This document shows positions 39,584-48,849 of a stretch of DNA of 59,501 nt, piece after piece. Source of the stretch: a virus. Its lineage: Duplodnaviria > Caudoviricetes. Within the stretch, counting starts at the first letter, position 1. Every line of letters begins with the position of its first letter. A model generated the notes under the pieces. The model did not search any database, had not been told where the DNA came from, and saw nothing but the letters and a program-made list of their open reading frames with translations. The position numbers and the translations under genes were made by a program. The stretch is from the IMG/VR virus record IMGVR_UViG_3300023179_005665, positions 1 through 59,501 of that record, one strand, 5' to 3'.

Positions 39584-40201
39584 ATGTCTATTAGCGGTCA
39601 TTTTGTTTATAAAAATTTAGCAATATCTCAGCACCATAATATTCAACATCCTTTCACAAATATGCTTATTTCTACAAAACCTAATAAAATAATAGAAATA
39701 GGAACATCTCAAGGCGGATTGACTTTGATGTTGAGGCATATATTAGATGAGAATAATTTAAAAGAAACCAACTTAATAACATACGATGTCTATGATCCTG
39801 TTTTTTTAAAACAAATAATTGTTGAAAATAATGAATTAATTTCTACTAAAGTAGAAACTTTATTTTGTCAACAATATAAGGTATTTAAAGATGAAGAAAC
39901 TAAAAATTCATTAAAAGATTATATTAGAAAAGATGGGGTGACGGCAGTAATTTGTGATGGCGGTAATAAATCTTCAGAATTTAATCTGTTTGCTGAACTT
40001 CTAAAGCCTAATGATATCATAATGGCTCACGATTATGCTCCCAACAAAGAGTATTTTGAACAACACATGAAAGATAAAATTTGGAACTGGCACGAGATAC
40101 AGGATTCTGATATCATAGAAAGTTGTCAAAAGTATGGTTTGGTTCCTTACATGAGGGAAGAATTTTTAAACGTTGCTTGGGCGTGTTTTAAGAAAGAATA
40201 A
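39584..40201 (+). CDS. CmcI-like SAM-dependent methyltransferase
   Basis: KPNKIIEIGTSQGG, CDGG, AHDY. Confidence 0.7.
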   Translation: MSISGHFVYKNLAISQHHNIQHPFTNMLISTKPNKIIEIGTSQGGLTLMLRHILDENNLKETNLITYDVYDPVFLKQIIVENNELISTKVETLFCQQYKVFKDEETKNSLKDYIRKDGVTAVICDGGNKSSEFNLFAELLKPNDIIMAHDYAPNKEYFEQHMKDKIWNWHEIQDSDIIESCQKYGLVPYMREEFLNVAWACFKKE

Positions 40202-40202
40202 A

Positions 40203-40616
40203 ATGAAAAATTTAGCGATATTGTTGGCGTGTGGCTTATTGTCTTTTGGATACGACGCATCGTATGCTCAACAGTATAATGGCAATACATCGAACCCTTC
40301 TCAAGTATATGGATTGTTCGGTTTTGGGGTTGGCTCTGCTCCTAGCTCTATGATGCTAGGAGATGCTGCTGTGATCAATGCACAAGCCAATCTAGTATTA
40401 AGTCAATCGTATGCTAATATTAATTACGAAACAGCTTATGCCATGAGGATGGATAATAATATTTTGAGAACACAAACATTTTTTCAGATGAGACAGATAA
40501 ATAGGTATTATAGAGATTTGGAGAATTGGCAAAAGCAAGAAAGAGCTATGCTTAAACATTCTGGTCTTTATGACAGAGAATCAATTGAATATATATATAA
40601 TGGTGTTAAAAAATAG
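40203..40616 (+). CDS. Secreted hypothetical protein
   Basis: Signal peptide MKNLAILLACGLLSFG; N...TFFQMRQINRxYR motif that I associate with planctomycete proteins. Confidence 0.6.
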   Translation: MKNLAILLACGLLSFGYDASYAQQYNGNTSNPSQVYGLFGFGVGSAPSSMMLGDAAVINAQANLVLSQSYANINYETAYAMRMDNNILRTQTFFQMRQINRYYRDLENWQKQERAMLKHSGLYDRESIEYIYNGVKK

Positions 40617-41535
40617 GATACAATATCCCATATCCCTGATATTTTTTAACCCCGGCATATCTAGGATCTGCTAAATTTTTTGCTTTTTTCTTAAATACTC
40701 TTACATAATCATCTGATGTCTTTAACATACCTGCTATTGGAGTGTAAGGAACTCGTCTTGCATGACTAAGGAGTAGAGCAGCGCACCCTACAGCAAATGG
40801 GGTACTCATGCTAGTGCCGCTCATAATAGCATATCGGCTTCCTGGAACGCAACTTAAAATATCGTGACCAGGAGCTAGAAAATCTAAAGTCTCTCCGCTA
40901 CAAGTGAAATCTGTTCGTCTTAAGTCTTGATCAATCGCTCCTATAGCTATGGTATGATCGTACTTAGCAGGATACATAATATCCACATCCTCTCCAGAAT
41001 TTCCAGCAGCACAAAATACTATACATCCACGAGATGCTGCGTATTTTATAGCATTCTCAAGAGCTGGCACAGACTGTGGGCTTCCTAAACTCATACTAAT
41101 AAAATCTGCGTTCTGGTCTGCTGACCATATAATAGCCTTGACTATGTCGTTTATATTACCATTTCCTTCGGCATTTAGTGCTTTAACAGGTATTATTTTT
41201 GATTTTGGAGATATGCCGACCATTCCTAGACCATTATCCGATGCCGCTATCGTGCCGGCAACATGAGTACCATGACCATTATCATCGTATGGGTCTTTTG
41301 CCGGGTCAATACAATTAAATCCATTAATTATGTTATCTTTTAAATCAGGATGATCTAAATCACAACCTGTATCTATAACAGCTATTGTTACATTTTCTCC
41401 TCTAGATTGTTGCCATTGATCTTGTATATTAAACTTTTTTATTTCCCATCCATAAATCTGAGCACTGTCCGGGGACAATCCGAAGATATCTTGCCTAACA
41501 TAAGGAAGCAGCCCTATTTTTTTATTTCTTCTCAT
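40606..41535 (-). CDS. Subtilisin-like S8 serine protease
   Basis: VIDTG, GHGTHVAG, AAGNSG, GTSMSTP. Confidence 0.92.
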   Translation of the reverse strand: MRRNKKIGLLPYVRQDIFGLSPDSAQIYGWEIKKFNIQDQWQQSRGENVTIAVIDTGCDLDHPDLKDNIINGFNCIDPAKDPYDDNGHGTHVAGTIAASDNGLGMVGISPKSKIIPVKALNAEGNGNINDIVKAIIWSADQNADFISMSLGSPQSVPALENAIKYAASRGCIVFCAAGNSGEDVDIMYPAKYDHTIAIGAIDQDLRRTDFTCSGETLDFLAPGHDILSCVPGSRYAIMSGTSMSTPFAVGCAALLLSHARRVPYTPIAGMLKTSDDYVRVFKKKAKNLADPRYAGVKKYQGYGILYPIF

Positions 41536-42304
41536 TTCTCAGCTCCCTATGTTGTAAAAATTGTACTGTGCTATTGATCCATTCTACATGATTGCTAATT
41601 CTAGTATGACCACTTTCTGTTTTATAGTCTGACTTAGCTTTATGTCCATTGGCCATAATACATGAATGAATACCAGCTAATTTATTTCCAATAAATAAAC
41701 CACCGCCACTATCTCCCGGTGCTATTATAAATTCTAATTCTGTTTTTTTAATATTTATAGACGGAGTACATACTAACATCCCTCTATCTATTCCATCTAT
41801 AGTATTAGATCCGGCTCTTTTGAATCTATCAGACTTTATAGCCCCAGTATTAAATGTACCAGTTATGCCGAATCCAGATAAGCTACATATCTTCCCATGC
41901 TCATCTTCTTGTTGGTATAGTTCAGGATACCAGTCAAGACCTATCGAATCTTTTAATTTAATAATTCCTATATCGTAGTATCCAAAATTATTAGAATTAT
42001 ATTTTTGATGAATTATAACAGTATCTGTTGTTAAATTTTTGTTATTAATATTAACTTTAATTATTTGATCTTTGGTTGCTGATAAAACATGTGCGGCAGT
42101 GATAATAATATTATCGCTGTAAGCCACACCAGATGCAAAATATGGCTCATTATCATCTGAGATACCGCTTATTTGTGCTATATATGGAAATTTTGAACCG
42201 TAATCAATATATTTTTGATCCGGAGTATTGGGGTCTATAGTCCCAGCTATTAGCTTATAACTATAAAGAAATAATAGAATAACGATTAAAGTTATTTTAT
42301 TCAT
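41522..42304 (-). CDS. Secreted trypsin-like S1 serine protease
   Basis: Signal peptide; TAAHV, DIGII, GDSGGG. Confidence 0.88.
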   Translation of the reverse strand: MNKITLIVILLFLYSYKLIAGTIDPNTPDQKYIDYGSKFPYIAQISGISDDNEPYFASGVAYSDNIIITAAHVLSATKDQIIKVNINNKNLTTDTVIIHQKYNSNNFGYYDIGIIKLKDSIGLDWYPELYQQEDEHGKICSLSGFGITGTFNTGAIKSDRFKRAGSNTIDGIDRGMLVCTPSINIKKTELEFIIAPGDSGGGLFIGNKLAGIHSCIMANGHKAKSDYKTESGHTRISNHVEWINSTVQFLQHRELRNEKK

Positions 42305-42320
42305 AGCTCCCCTTTACAAA

Positions 42321-42632
42321 TTATGGTCTAGTTTTAACCTTCTGCAAATATGACGAACAATCAGATTCTACAAACTTATTGTAACTTCTGTAATTGTATA
42401 GATGACCGAATATTAAATGACAAGGATTATCACAAAGAGTAATTAGATTATCAAATTCTAGTTCTAGTTCTGGATTTATATGTACTGGTATTTTGTGATG
42501 AACCTCCAACTTTTTATTTGCCCCACAAGCAGCGCAATAAGGATATTTTTCTAAATGTTTTTTACGAATACTGCTCCATTTAGGAGATCTAACAGAATAT
42601 CTGACTTTACTAAATAAACCTAAAATATTCAT
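42321..42632 (-). CDS. Small HNH endonuclease
   Basis: CAAC...EVHHKIP...NLITLC...CH. Confidence 0.85.
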   Translation of the reverse strand: MNILGLFSKVRYSVRSPKWSSIRKKHLEKYPYCAACGANKKLEVHHKIPVHINPELELEFDNLITLCDNPCHLIFGHLYNYRSYNKFVESDCSSYLQKVKTRP

Positions 42633-43636
42633 TATAACACTTTAGATGCAATTAAGCATCCTTTAGCAACTGCGTGTAAGGGGTCTTGAGCGTGCTTGAC
42701 TATCTTGATAGGTAAAGGAAAATTATTTTCTTTTAATTTTTCAGTAAAAGTATCTACATATCCTTTAGCTAAAGAGGTTCCACCTGCTATGACAACCGTT
42801 AATGGCTCTTTGAATTTTGGTAATAAAGGATGATTATTCAAAGCCTGACTGATATATTTAGTAACATAATCAATTAGTCTCACATAATATGCAGACATAG
42901 CATTTAAAATAGGGTTGTCGTTTTCTTCTCCTACGGTAAAATCCCCGTGCTCTTTCTCTGCTTGTACAACACTATCTTTTTCACCAGTAGCAACAGCGAC
43001 CATTCTATCGAGCCAATCCCCGCTATGAGTCACAGAGAATTTCACAGTTGGCTCTCCATTAAGCATAACACATACGTTTTGCATACCAGAGCCGCACGAC
43101 ACAGCGATCCCTGTATAATCTTCTTTTTCTAATTCAGCATAACATAAGGCTTCTGCTTCGTTTATAGCTCTAGCATCATACCCGCATTCTGCTAAAATTG
43201 ATTTAACAACATCTTCATGATAGCCTACATCAAAATCATCGTCTTGAATATCTACTGGTTGTGCGGGGACGCAGAACACAAGTTTAGTATTAGGCTCTGG
43301 GGCTGTCCCCGCGACCTCTTTTAAAATAAAAGACAAAACACGGCGAGCGTCTTTTTCTTTTGCTGACACGACCCCTTTGTACATCGGTCTTTTTGCTGTG
43401 TCATTTCTTTCTATTGCTTTTTCTATGGCATCTTTTCCTAAGAGAATAAAAGATCCATCTGTATCTTTGATAAAAACTTTACCAGCAAGACCTTTCTCTA
43501 TCATTTTGCTCGCTACTGGAGTTGTAGGTCTGATAACATAAAAAGCATCTCTAAACTCTGTGTATTCTATACCTTTATTAGATTCTTTTGATAGAACAAT
43601 AAAACTAGTACCGACGTCTAAACCTATTCCTGCCAT
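42632..43636 (-). CDS. Actin-like ATPase (MreB/MamK/ParM superfamily)
   Basis: Phosphate-1 GLDVGTS, connect-1 INEAEAL, phosphate-2 SCGSGM, adenosine IAGGTSL, connect-2 AVAKG. Confidence 0.85.
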   Translation of the reverse strand: MAGIGLDVGTSFIVLSKESNKGIEYTEFRDAFYVIRPTTPVASKMIEKGLAGKVFIKDTDGSFILLGKDAIEKAIERNDTAKRPMYKGVVSAKEKDARRVLSFILKEVAGTAPEPNTKLVFCVPAQPVDIQDDDFDVGYHEDVVKSILAECGYDARAINEAEALCYAELEKEDYTGIAVSCGSGMQNVCVMLNGEPTVKFSVTHSGDWLDRMVAVATGEKDSVVQAEKEHGDFTVGEENDNPILNAMSAYYVRLIDYVTKYISQALNNHPLLPKFKEPLTVVIAGGTSLAKGYVDTFTEKLKENNFPLPIKIVKHAQDPLHAVAKGCLIASKVL

Positions 43637-43655
43637 ATAGCACTCCTATCATTTA

Positions 43656-43979
43656 TTATTTTTTTAAATTTTTAAGTTTATTTACCGACTCTATTATATC
43701 TTCTTGGGTTTCTTTTTTATCGCCTAATGAGTCGTATTTTTTTTCCAAATGATCTGTTTTAATTTTAGTAACTATTTTTGTTTCGTCTATAGAAATATTA
43801 GTAGGTTTATGTAAGTTAGAGCTTTTTAATGGTTTATTATTGATGTTATTAAATACACCGCTAGGTCTTTGTGATCCCAATATATAACCGGTCAAAAAAA
43901 AACACGCCCCTATTGCTAGGAGCGTGATTGATACTAATAAAAGTGTTGGTAAATTAAGAGATATGTATTGTTCTGTCAT
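43656..43979 (-). CDS. Membrane-anchored hypothetical protein
   Basis: N-terminal hydrophobic helix, Lys-rich tail. Confidence 0.6.
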   Translation of the reverse strand: MTEQYISLNLPTLLLVSITLLAIGACFFLTGYILGSQRPSGVFNNINNKPLKSSNLHKPTNISIDETKIVTKIKTDHLEKKYDSLGDKKETQEDIIESVNKLKNLKK

Positions 43980-44890
43980 ATTTTTATATTGCCTATAATT
44001 CTGCCTTTCTGTGTTCTTATTACATACCCCATACGCACCAAGAAGGGCTCGATACTGTTTTCTATCGTTTCGATAGCGATACCGGTCATAGCAGACACGC
44101 TCTTTAAACCTAGTGGCTGACCCTTGGCTTTCTTTAAAGCATCGATGTAGAGCCTGTCGTATGTGTCCAGACCATCGCTATCAATACCTTGGTTCACAAA
44201 CACTTCGTTTATATCAATTTTAATATCTTTATAGTAAGACACATAATTTTTATACCAATTTAATCTAGCATTAAGAATACGAGGAGTACCCTTGCTTCTT
44301 TTAGCAATTTCGATTAAATGGTTATCTTCGATCATTAGTCCGAGCTTATTTGCGTTCAACCTTGCGAGTTTAGCTAGTTCATCTATGTCATAGTATGACA
44401 AATGTTCTTTAATAGTAAACCTATCATAGAATGGCTGACTTAAACTTCCACCACTAGTTGTAGCACCAGCAACCGTAAATTGAGGCAAGTCTATAGTCTC
44501 GGGTTTGTCTTTATCGTCATCTCCTTTGACTGTAATATTGATTACGAAATCTTCCATTACAGGATAAAGAAATTCTTCTACAATTTTTGGTAGACGATGA
44601 ATTTCGTCGATGAACAAGATAGATCTTGGAGCAATACCCATTAAATATGGTAATAAATTTTTAACACTACGAATATTGGCAGCATTAAGAGTATAAAGAT
44701 TAACATTGAGTTCATTAGACATTGCTTGAACTATAGTTGTTTTTCCAAGCCCAGGAGGACCGTCAATTAAAGTATGAGGCATTACTCCATCAGCTTCTTT
44801 ACATCCATGAATAATAATTTTTAATCTGTCGATAACAGATGATTGTCCAATGATACCATCAAAACTAGATGGTCTAAGATGATTAGCCAT
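43976..44890 (-). CDS. ruvB: RuvB Holliday junction branch migration ATPase
   Basis: LRPSSF..IGQ, GPPGLGKTT, FIDEIHRL, LYPVMEDF, GATT, DRF, GTPR, IEPFL..RTQKGR. Confidence 0.92.
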   Translation of the reverse strand: MANHLRPSSFDGIIGQSSVIDRLKIIIHGCKEADGVMPHTLIDGPPGLGKTTIVQAMSNELNVNLYTLNAANIRSVKNLLPYLMGIAPRSILFIDEIHRLPKIVEEFLYPVMEDFVINITVKGDDDKDKPETIDLPQFTVAGATTSGGSLSQPFYDRFTIKEHLSYYDIDELAKLARLNANKLGLMIEDNHLIEIAKRSKGTPRILNARLNWYKNYVSYYKDIKIDINEVFVNQGIDSDGLDTYDRLYIDALKKAKGQPLGLKSVSAMTGIAIETIENSIEPFLVRMGYVIRTQKGRIIGNIKI

Positions 44891-45308
44891 TATTTTTTAT
44901 CTCCAAAAGGGCATTTTTGATCAAAAGTGATAAATCGTCTATAGGATACTTTATATAAGTTTTTTGTAGCAGATCTACTGCCTCTGGCTTGGTGAATCCA
45001 AGATCGACTAGTGACGGAACTGCTTGATTAATTAATGAGTTATTTATTTGTGGTTGTGGTATTGTTTTCTCAACAGGTTTTTCTTGTTTAGTATTTTTCT
45101 GTTTTTTGTGGTTATATACAACTTTGATTTTTTTTATTAGTTTTGGTCTGAAAACACAACCGCACTCACAAACTATCTTAAAGTTTTTTGTTTGAGTTTC
45201 CAATAAAGATAGCCAATGTTCGTATCCGCAATTATTATTCGGACATCTATACTTTAGATGAACATCTAAACTAATTGGTTTTTGGTTTTTTATTGGTTTT
45301 GTTATCAT
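44883..45308 (-). CDS. Zn-ribbon plus RuvA domain III protein
   Basis: CPNNNC...CECGC N-terminus; C-terminal AVPSLVDLGFTKPEA...LIKNAL resembles RuvA C-terminal domain; overlaps ruvB start. Confidence 0.7.
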   Translation of the reverse strand: MITKPIKNQKPISLDVHLKYRCPNNNCGYEHWLSLLETQTKNFKIVCECGCVFRPKLIKKIKVVYNHKKQKNTKQEKPVEKTIPQPQINNSLINQAVPSLVDLGFTKPEAVDLLQKTYIKYPIDDLSLLIKNALLEIKNNG

Positions 45309-45696
45309 CTTCTTTGACCCAAAAAACGAAATCGTTCAATTCATCGTCATAGGCAGATTCGATTAAACCTTTTTTATTCAGATTAGACAGAATATTACTA
45401 ACAAGTCTAGCATTAAGTGCTTCAAGAATATCATTAAAAATTTTCTCGTTAACTACATACCTTGTTTTTTGAGTTTTTTTATTCGTTTGTTTCTTCACTA
45501 TAGACTCTACTATTAACAGAGACTCTTGTTGACTAAGAACCTCATTCATCTCATGTTCTTCATCATCAGATAGTGCTTCAAGCATATCTGTAAAATCATC
45601 CTTAGTTTCTTCTACGCTTTTACCAAATCCTCCAAATACAACTCGTCTAGCACTTTCAGTAAATTCTTCTAAATTTTTTATTTCGTATTTAGCCAT
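45271..45696 (-). CDS. Hypothetical protein
   Basis: 141-aa ORF in operon. Confidence 0.65.
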   Translation of the reverse strand: MAKYEIKNLEEFTESARRVVFGGFGKSVEETKDDFTDMLEALSDDEEHEMNEVLSQQESLLIVESIVKKQTNKKTQKTRYVVNEKIFNDILEALNARLVSNILSNLNKKGLIESAYDDELNDFVFWVKEDDNKTNKKPKTN

Positions 45697-45700
45697 AATT

Positions 45701-46108
45701 TTAATTCAGTATATCGAATAATCCTTTATAGTAATGAGGTTGTTTCATAAAATATACAGCATGAGATTGTATATGATTAATATACTGATGTTGTATGGGA
45801 TCATATACAAAATATTTCTTTTTCCAAACCTGACTATTCTGATAGTTACTCCCCAAATACTGGAAGGTTTGATCCTTGCCAGTATTGGAGAAATAACTAC
45901 TCATAGGAAACTTTTTTGGGGGGAAGCCAGTAACATACCATACGTTTGGCGAAGATTCAACTATGTCGTTTAGAGCGTCATATAGCATTTTACCCCAAGC
46001 GTCCCATGCTTCTGGATCAAACTTAAAGTAATGTTTATACTTGTTCTCTAAATCGTCCTGACTATCATCATAGTCATCGTAATCATTATAGTCGTAATCT
46101 TCATGCAT
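45701..46108 (-). CDS. Hypothetical protein
   Basis: 135-aa ORF with acidic N-terminus. Confidence 0.6.
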   Translation of the reverse strand: MHEDYDYNDYDDYDDSQDDLENKYKHYFKFDPEAWDAWGKMLYDALNDIVESSPNVWYVTGFPPKKFPMSSYFSNTGKDQTFQYLGSNYQNSQVWKKKYFVYDPIQHQYINHIQSHAVYFMKQPHYYKGLFDILN

Positions 46109-46114
46109 TATATG

Positions 46115-47203
46115 TTAGCCTATACAAAATTTGTCACTAAGTTGAGAAGCAAGGTCTTTTGCGGCACTGGCAAGGAACCGATTGTTACTAAAGTATAGTG
46201 CTGTAGACGCTTGGTTGAGGTACTCGACCACCGTTTTTAAAAGTTTGGTCTGTGACCCATCAAGGTTTATATCCTCGTCTGAGGGATGCTCTAGAGCATC
46301 GTCCTCGTCCACAGGCACCACAGGCATGGGATCGCCATAGACACGTTCAGCTATGGAATATTTGTTCAAGCCTTTTTGCCCAGCATTTTGCAGTTCATTA
46401 AGAATCTTTGATGCAACATCTACTGATACAGGAACACCAGTTTCGTCGGCTTCCTTATAAGCCTTGGCATACCCCTTATACCATTCATCGCTGCATTTAT
46501 CTGGAATGATCTGTAGTGTCGCTGGCTGACCAGTAAGAGCCGACTTAAGATCGGCAACATTAATTGCTTGACCAGTGCTACCGGGAAGCAAACTGGTAAA
46601 GTAAGGAGCCTTCTTTTCCCAGCACTTACGCCACCAAGTATAAGGAACTCTATAAATCTGATTAGGCTTGATGGCTCGCGGATCGCCACCAAAATAGTTA
46701 ACAAGTTTCTTTTGTAGGCCATTCCAAAAGGTTTTATTTGATCCAATCATTTGGCGACTAGCATCATCAAAAATCCAGTAGCATTGATAACCGTTACGGG
46801 TATCAACAACCCAACTTGGCCTTACCGGAAACTCGTTAATCTTTTTGAGAAACTGCTTCTTCTTTGTCATTACGACGCTGGGTTTAAAATACTTACCTTC
46901 ATTGTCTCTGCCAGCATCCATATCACAAAAACAACAAGTAAACTCTTTGATAGCGTATAATTTACGACCACCATTTACATAAAAGTAAACATCAGAGTTA
47001 TTACTAATATTAGCCTCTAGTGCTTCATTAATATCATTAGTATGATTCATATTACTAATTTTCTTGCGAGGATTACCATTGTAGCAGAAAATATTATTCT
47101 GCTTGAAAGAACTCAAAAAGCGGTTTCTTTCACCGGCATGACCATTAGCGTAAGTGCTATTATCGTTTGAAAACGGATTAAATCCAAGAGTATCATTAAA
47201 CAT
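46115..47203 (-). CDS. RepB-like (AEP superfamily) DNA primase
   Basis: VYFYVN, FCDMD (DxD), PSWVVDTRNGYQCYW, FGGD, RVP. Confidence 0.75.
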   Translation of the reverse strand: MFNDTLGFNPFSNDNSTYANGHAGERNRFLSSFKQNNIFCYNGNPRKKISNMNHTNDINEALEANISNNSDVYFYVNGGRKLYAIKEFTCCFCDMDAGRDNEGKYFKPSVVMTKKKQFLKKINEFPVRPSWVVDTRNGYQCYWIFDDASRQMIGSNKTFWNGLQKKLVNYFGGDPRAIKPNQIYRVPYTWWRKCWEKKAPYFTSLLPGSTGQAINVADLKSALTGQPATLQIIPDKCSDEWYKGYAKAYKEADETGVPVSVDVASKILNELQNAGQKGLNKYSIAERVYGDPMPVVPVDEDDALEHPSDEDINLDGSQTKLLKTVVEYLNQASTALYFSNNRFLASAAKDLASQLSDKFCIG

Positions 47204-47281
47204 ATTAGTTCTAACTTTTCTGTGTTATTTATCTACTAGATATTGGGACAGCAACCTCTACTATCATTAGCAATATCAAAA

Positions 47282-47341
47282 CGTGGAAGGGAATCGAACC
47301 CTCAAAATTAGCGATGCTTTATTTTAGTCACCAGACTCCAC
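47282..47341 (-). ncRNA. tRNA-like element (non-canonical)
   Basis: GUGGA/UCCAC acceptor-like stem, GUC-UGGU-GAC D-like arm, T arm AGGG-UUCGAUU-CCCU; no canonical 7-nt anticodon loop. Confidence 0.5.
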
Positions 47342-47902
47342 TTTATATTTTTGTTTTAAGTTTATTATTGTCCTATCAATTTTTGATTTACTTTTAGTTA
47401 TAAAACCAATCGTATCTGATTCTTCGTAGTGTAATTCTCTATGGCATCTATTACATAGTAATTTACATTTATTTATTTCTTTAAGAAGTTTACTGAAATC
47501 TGTATTAATTTCTCCAATTGCATATTCTTTATACTCTGGATCTATATGATGAAAATCTAAAGCATTTTGATATTTATTATATCCGCATATTTCACACTTA
47601 TTACCAAGTAGTTCTATCAAAATTTTCTTTTTCGCAATTTTAATTATTTTATTAGCACATCTGGTACAAGTTCTTAAAGATCCGTTCTTACCACAAATTT
47701 CACAATTAGTAATCCCAAGAGCTTTTCTATTAGTTTTATCTTGAGGTCGTAATTTACGACTCAGATATCCTAATCTATTTTTTACCTCATGAATTGTACT
47801 TTTTGAACAATTATATATTTCTGATAGATCTTTGGCTGTTTTTCCTTCAATGATAAGTTTTTTAAATCTGTTTTTGTCTTTGATAATTTCTTTTATAGTC
47901 AT
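47324..47902 (-). CDS. HNH homing endonuclease
   Basis: KCEICGYNKYQNALDFHHIDP...KCKLLCNRCHRELH; N-terminal HTH-like part; start refined to 47902. Confidence 0.85.
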   Translation of the reverse strand: MTIKEIIKDKNRFKKLIIEGKTAKDLSEIYNCSKSTIHEVKNRLGYLSRKLRPQDKTNRKALGITNCEICGKNGSLRTCTRCANKIIKIAKKKILIELLGNKCEICGYNKYQNALDFHHIDPEYKEYAIGEINTDFSKLLKEINKCKLLCNRCHRELHYEESDTIGFITKSKSKIDRTIINLKQKYKVESGD

Positions 47903-47974
47903 AATATAACCCTGGAGGATGAATGTATACTTTATATTACACCATTCAAACTCCAAAGGGTCATATTATATTAT

Positions 47975-48823
47975 TTAGTAATTGTCATCCTCGTCATCTT
48001 CGTATGCCTCTTCATCGTCGAATTGATCCCAATAAGACTCATTATAATCTTCGATATCCTCGTCGTCATTATAATTTTCTGAGTAATCAAAATTATCAGA
48101 ATAGAGAGGCTTCAATAATTCCCCCTCATATTCAGCGACTACTTCATAACGACAAGTACGAAGTTTTTCACAATTACTATCTGACGGAACACTAACAACA
48201 TCTTTTGGATTGATTTTGACAATCACGATCTTATCGCCAGCATCTATACTGCCATAACTAGCAACATAGTTCAAAGCACCAGCATGAAGTCCTTGAGAAC
48301 AGCCTCTAGATCTATTATCGTCAACTTTTGCTCTAGTCATTTCGCAAACGTCACCGACTTGATTACGAAATTTTCCAGCATACTTATCCATATAATCTCC
48401 ACGAACAGCCTTATAGGCAAGGAAATAACCGTCAGAAGTGATTGCCAGGTTTTCATGCTCCAAGAAATCATACAGTTCTTTCTGACTTTGCATACTTGGA
48501 TTTTCCATAAGGTTTTCCAAGAAATTAACAAGAGGCTGGAAAGGCAGACCCTTACTCATAAATTCAAGAATACGCTTACTGATAGCACCATGAACTTCGT
48601 CACCATCATAGTAAACCTTACCATTCTTGATCTCAATAAGACCCTGACCAAAAGACTGAACAGCCTTTTCAATATCTACAAGTTCCAGCAGTTCATCCTC
48701 ACCAGCACTATGTAGACTATCCATAATCTGTCGATAATTCAGATGGTCTGGCAGAACTTGATAAGCCTTATTCTGCAAAATCACCGTCAAATTACCATCA
48801 ACCCACATAAACGGAACACTCAT
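47975..48823 (-). CDS. rIIB: rIIB-like protein
   Basis: NPS...LYDFL...ITSDGYFLAYKAV...CSQGLHAG...VKINPKDVVSVPSD...KLRTCRYEV; follows rIIA. Confidence 0.88.
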   Translation of the reverse strand: MSVPFMWVDGNLTVILQNKAYQVLPDHLNYRQIMDSLHSAGEDELLELVDIEKAVQSFGQGLIEIKNGKVYYDGDEVHGAISKRILEFMSKGLPFQPLVNFLENLMENPSMQSQKELYDFLEHENLAITSDGYFLAYKAVRGDYMDKYAGKFRNQVGDVCEMTRAKVDDNRSRGCSQGLHAGALNYVASYGSIDAGDKIVIVKINPKDVVSVPSDSNCEKLRTCRYEVVAEYEGELLKPLYSDNFDYSENYNDDEDIEDYNESYWDQFDDEEAYEDDEDDNY

Positions 48824-48849
48824 TTTTTAAATCTCCTGTGAAATTAATA

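Noticed and set aside
47239-47277. Twister, hammerhead or theta ribozyme (UAAUGA...GUCCCAA) after the tRNA-like element
   Set aside because: Required pseudoknot partners and core residues (downstream GGG, CUGAUGA/GAAA, HDV P1.1) were not found
47282-47341. tmRNA or canonical tRNA
   Set aside because: No tag reading frame, no G3-U70 acceptor with CCA, no 7-nt anticodon loop
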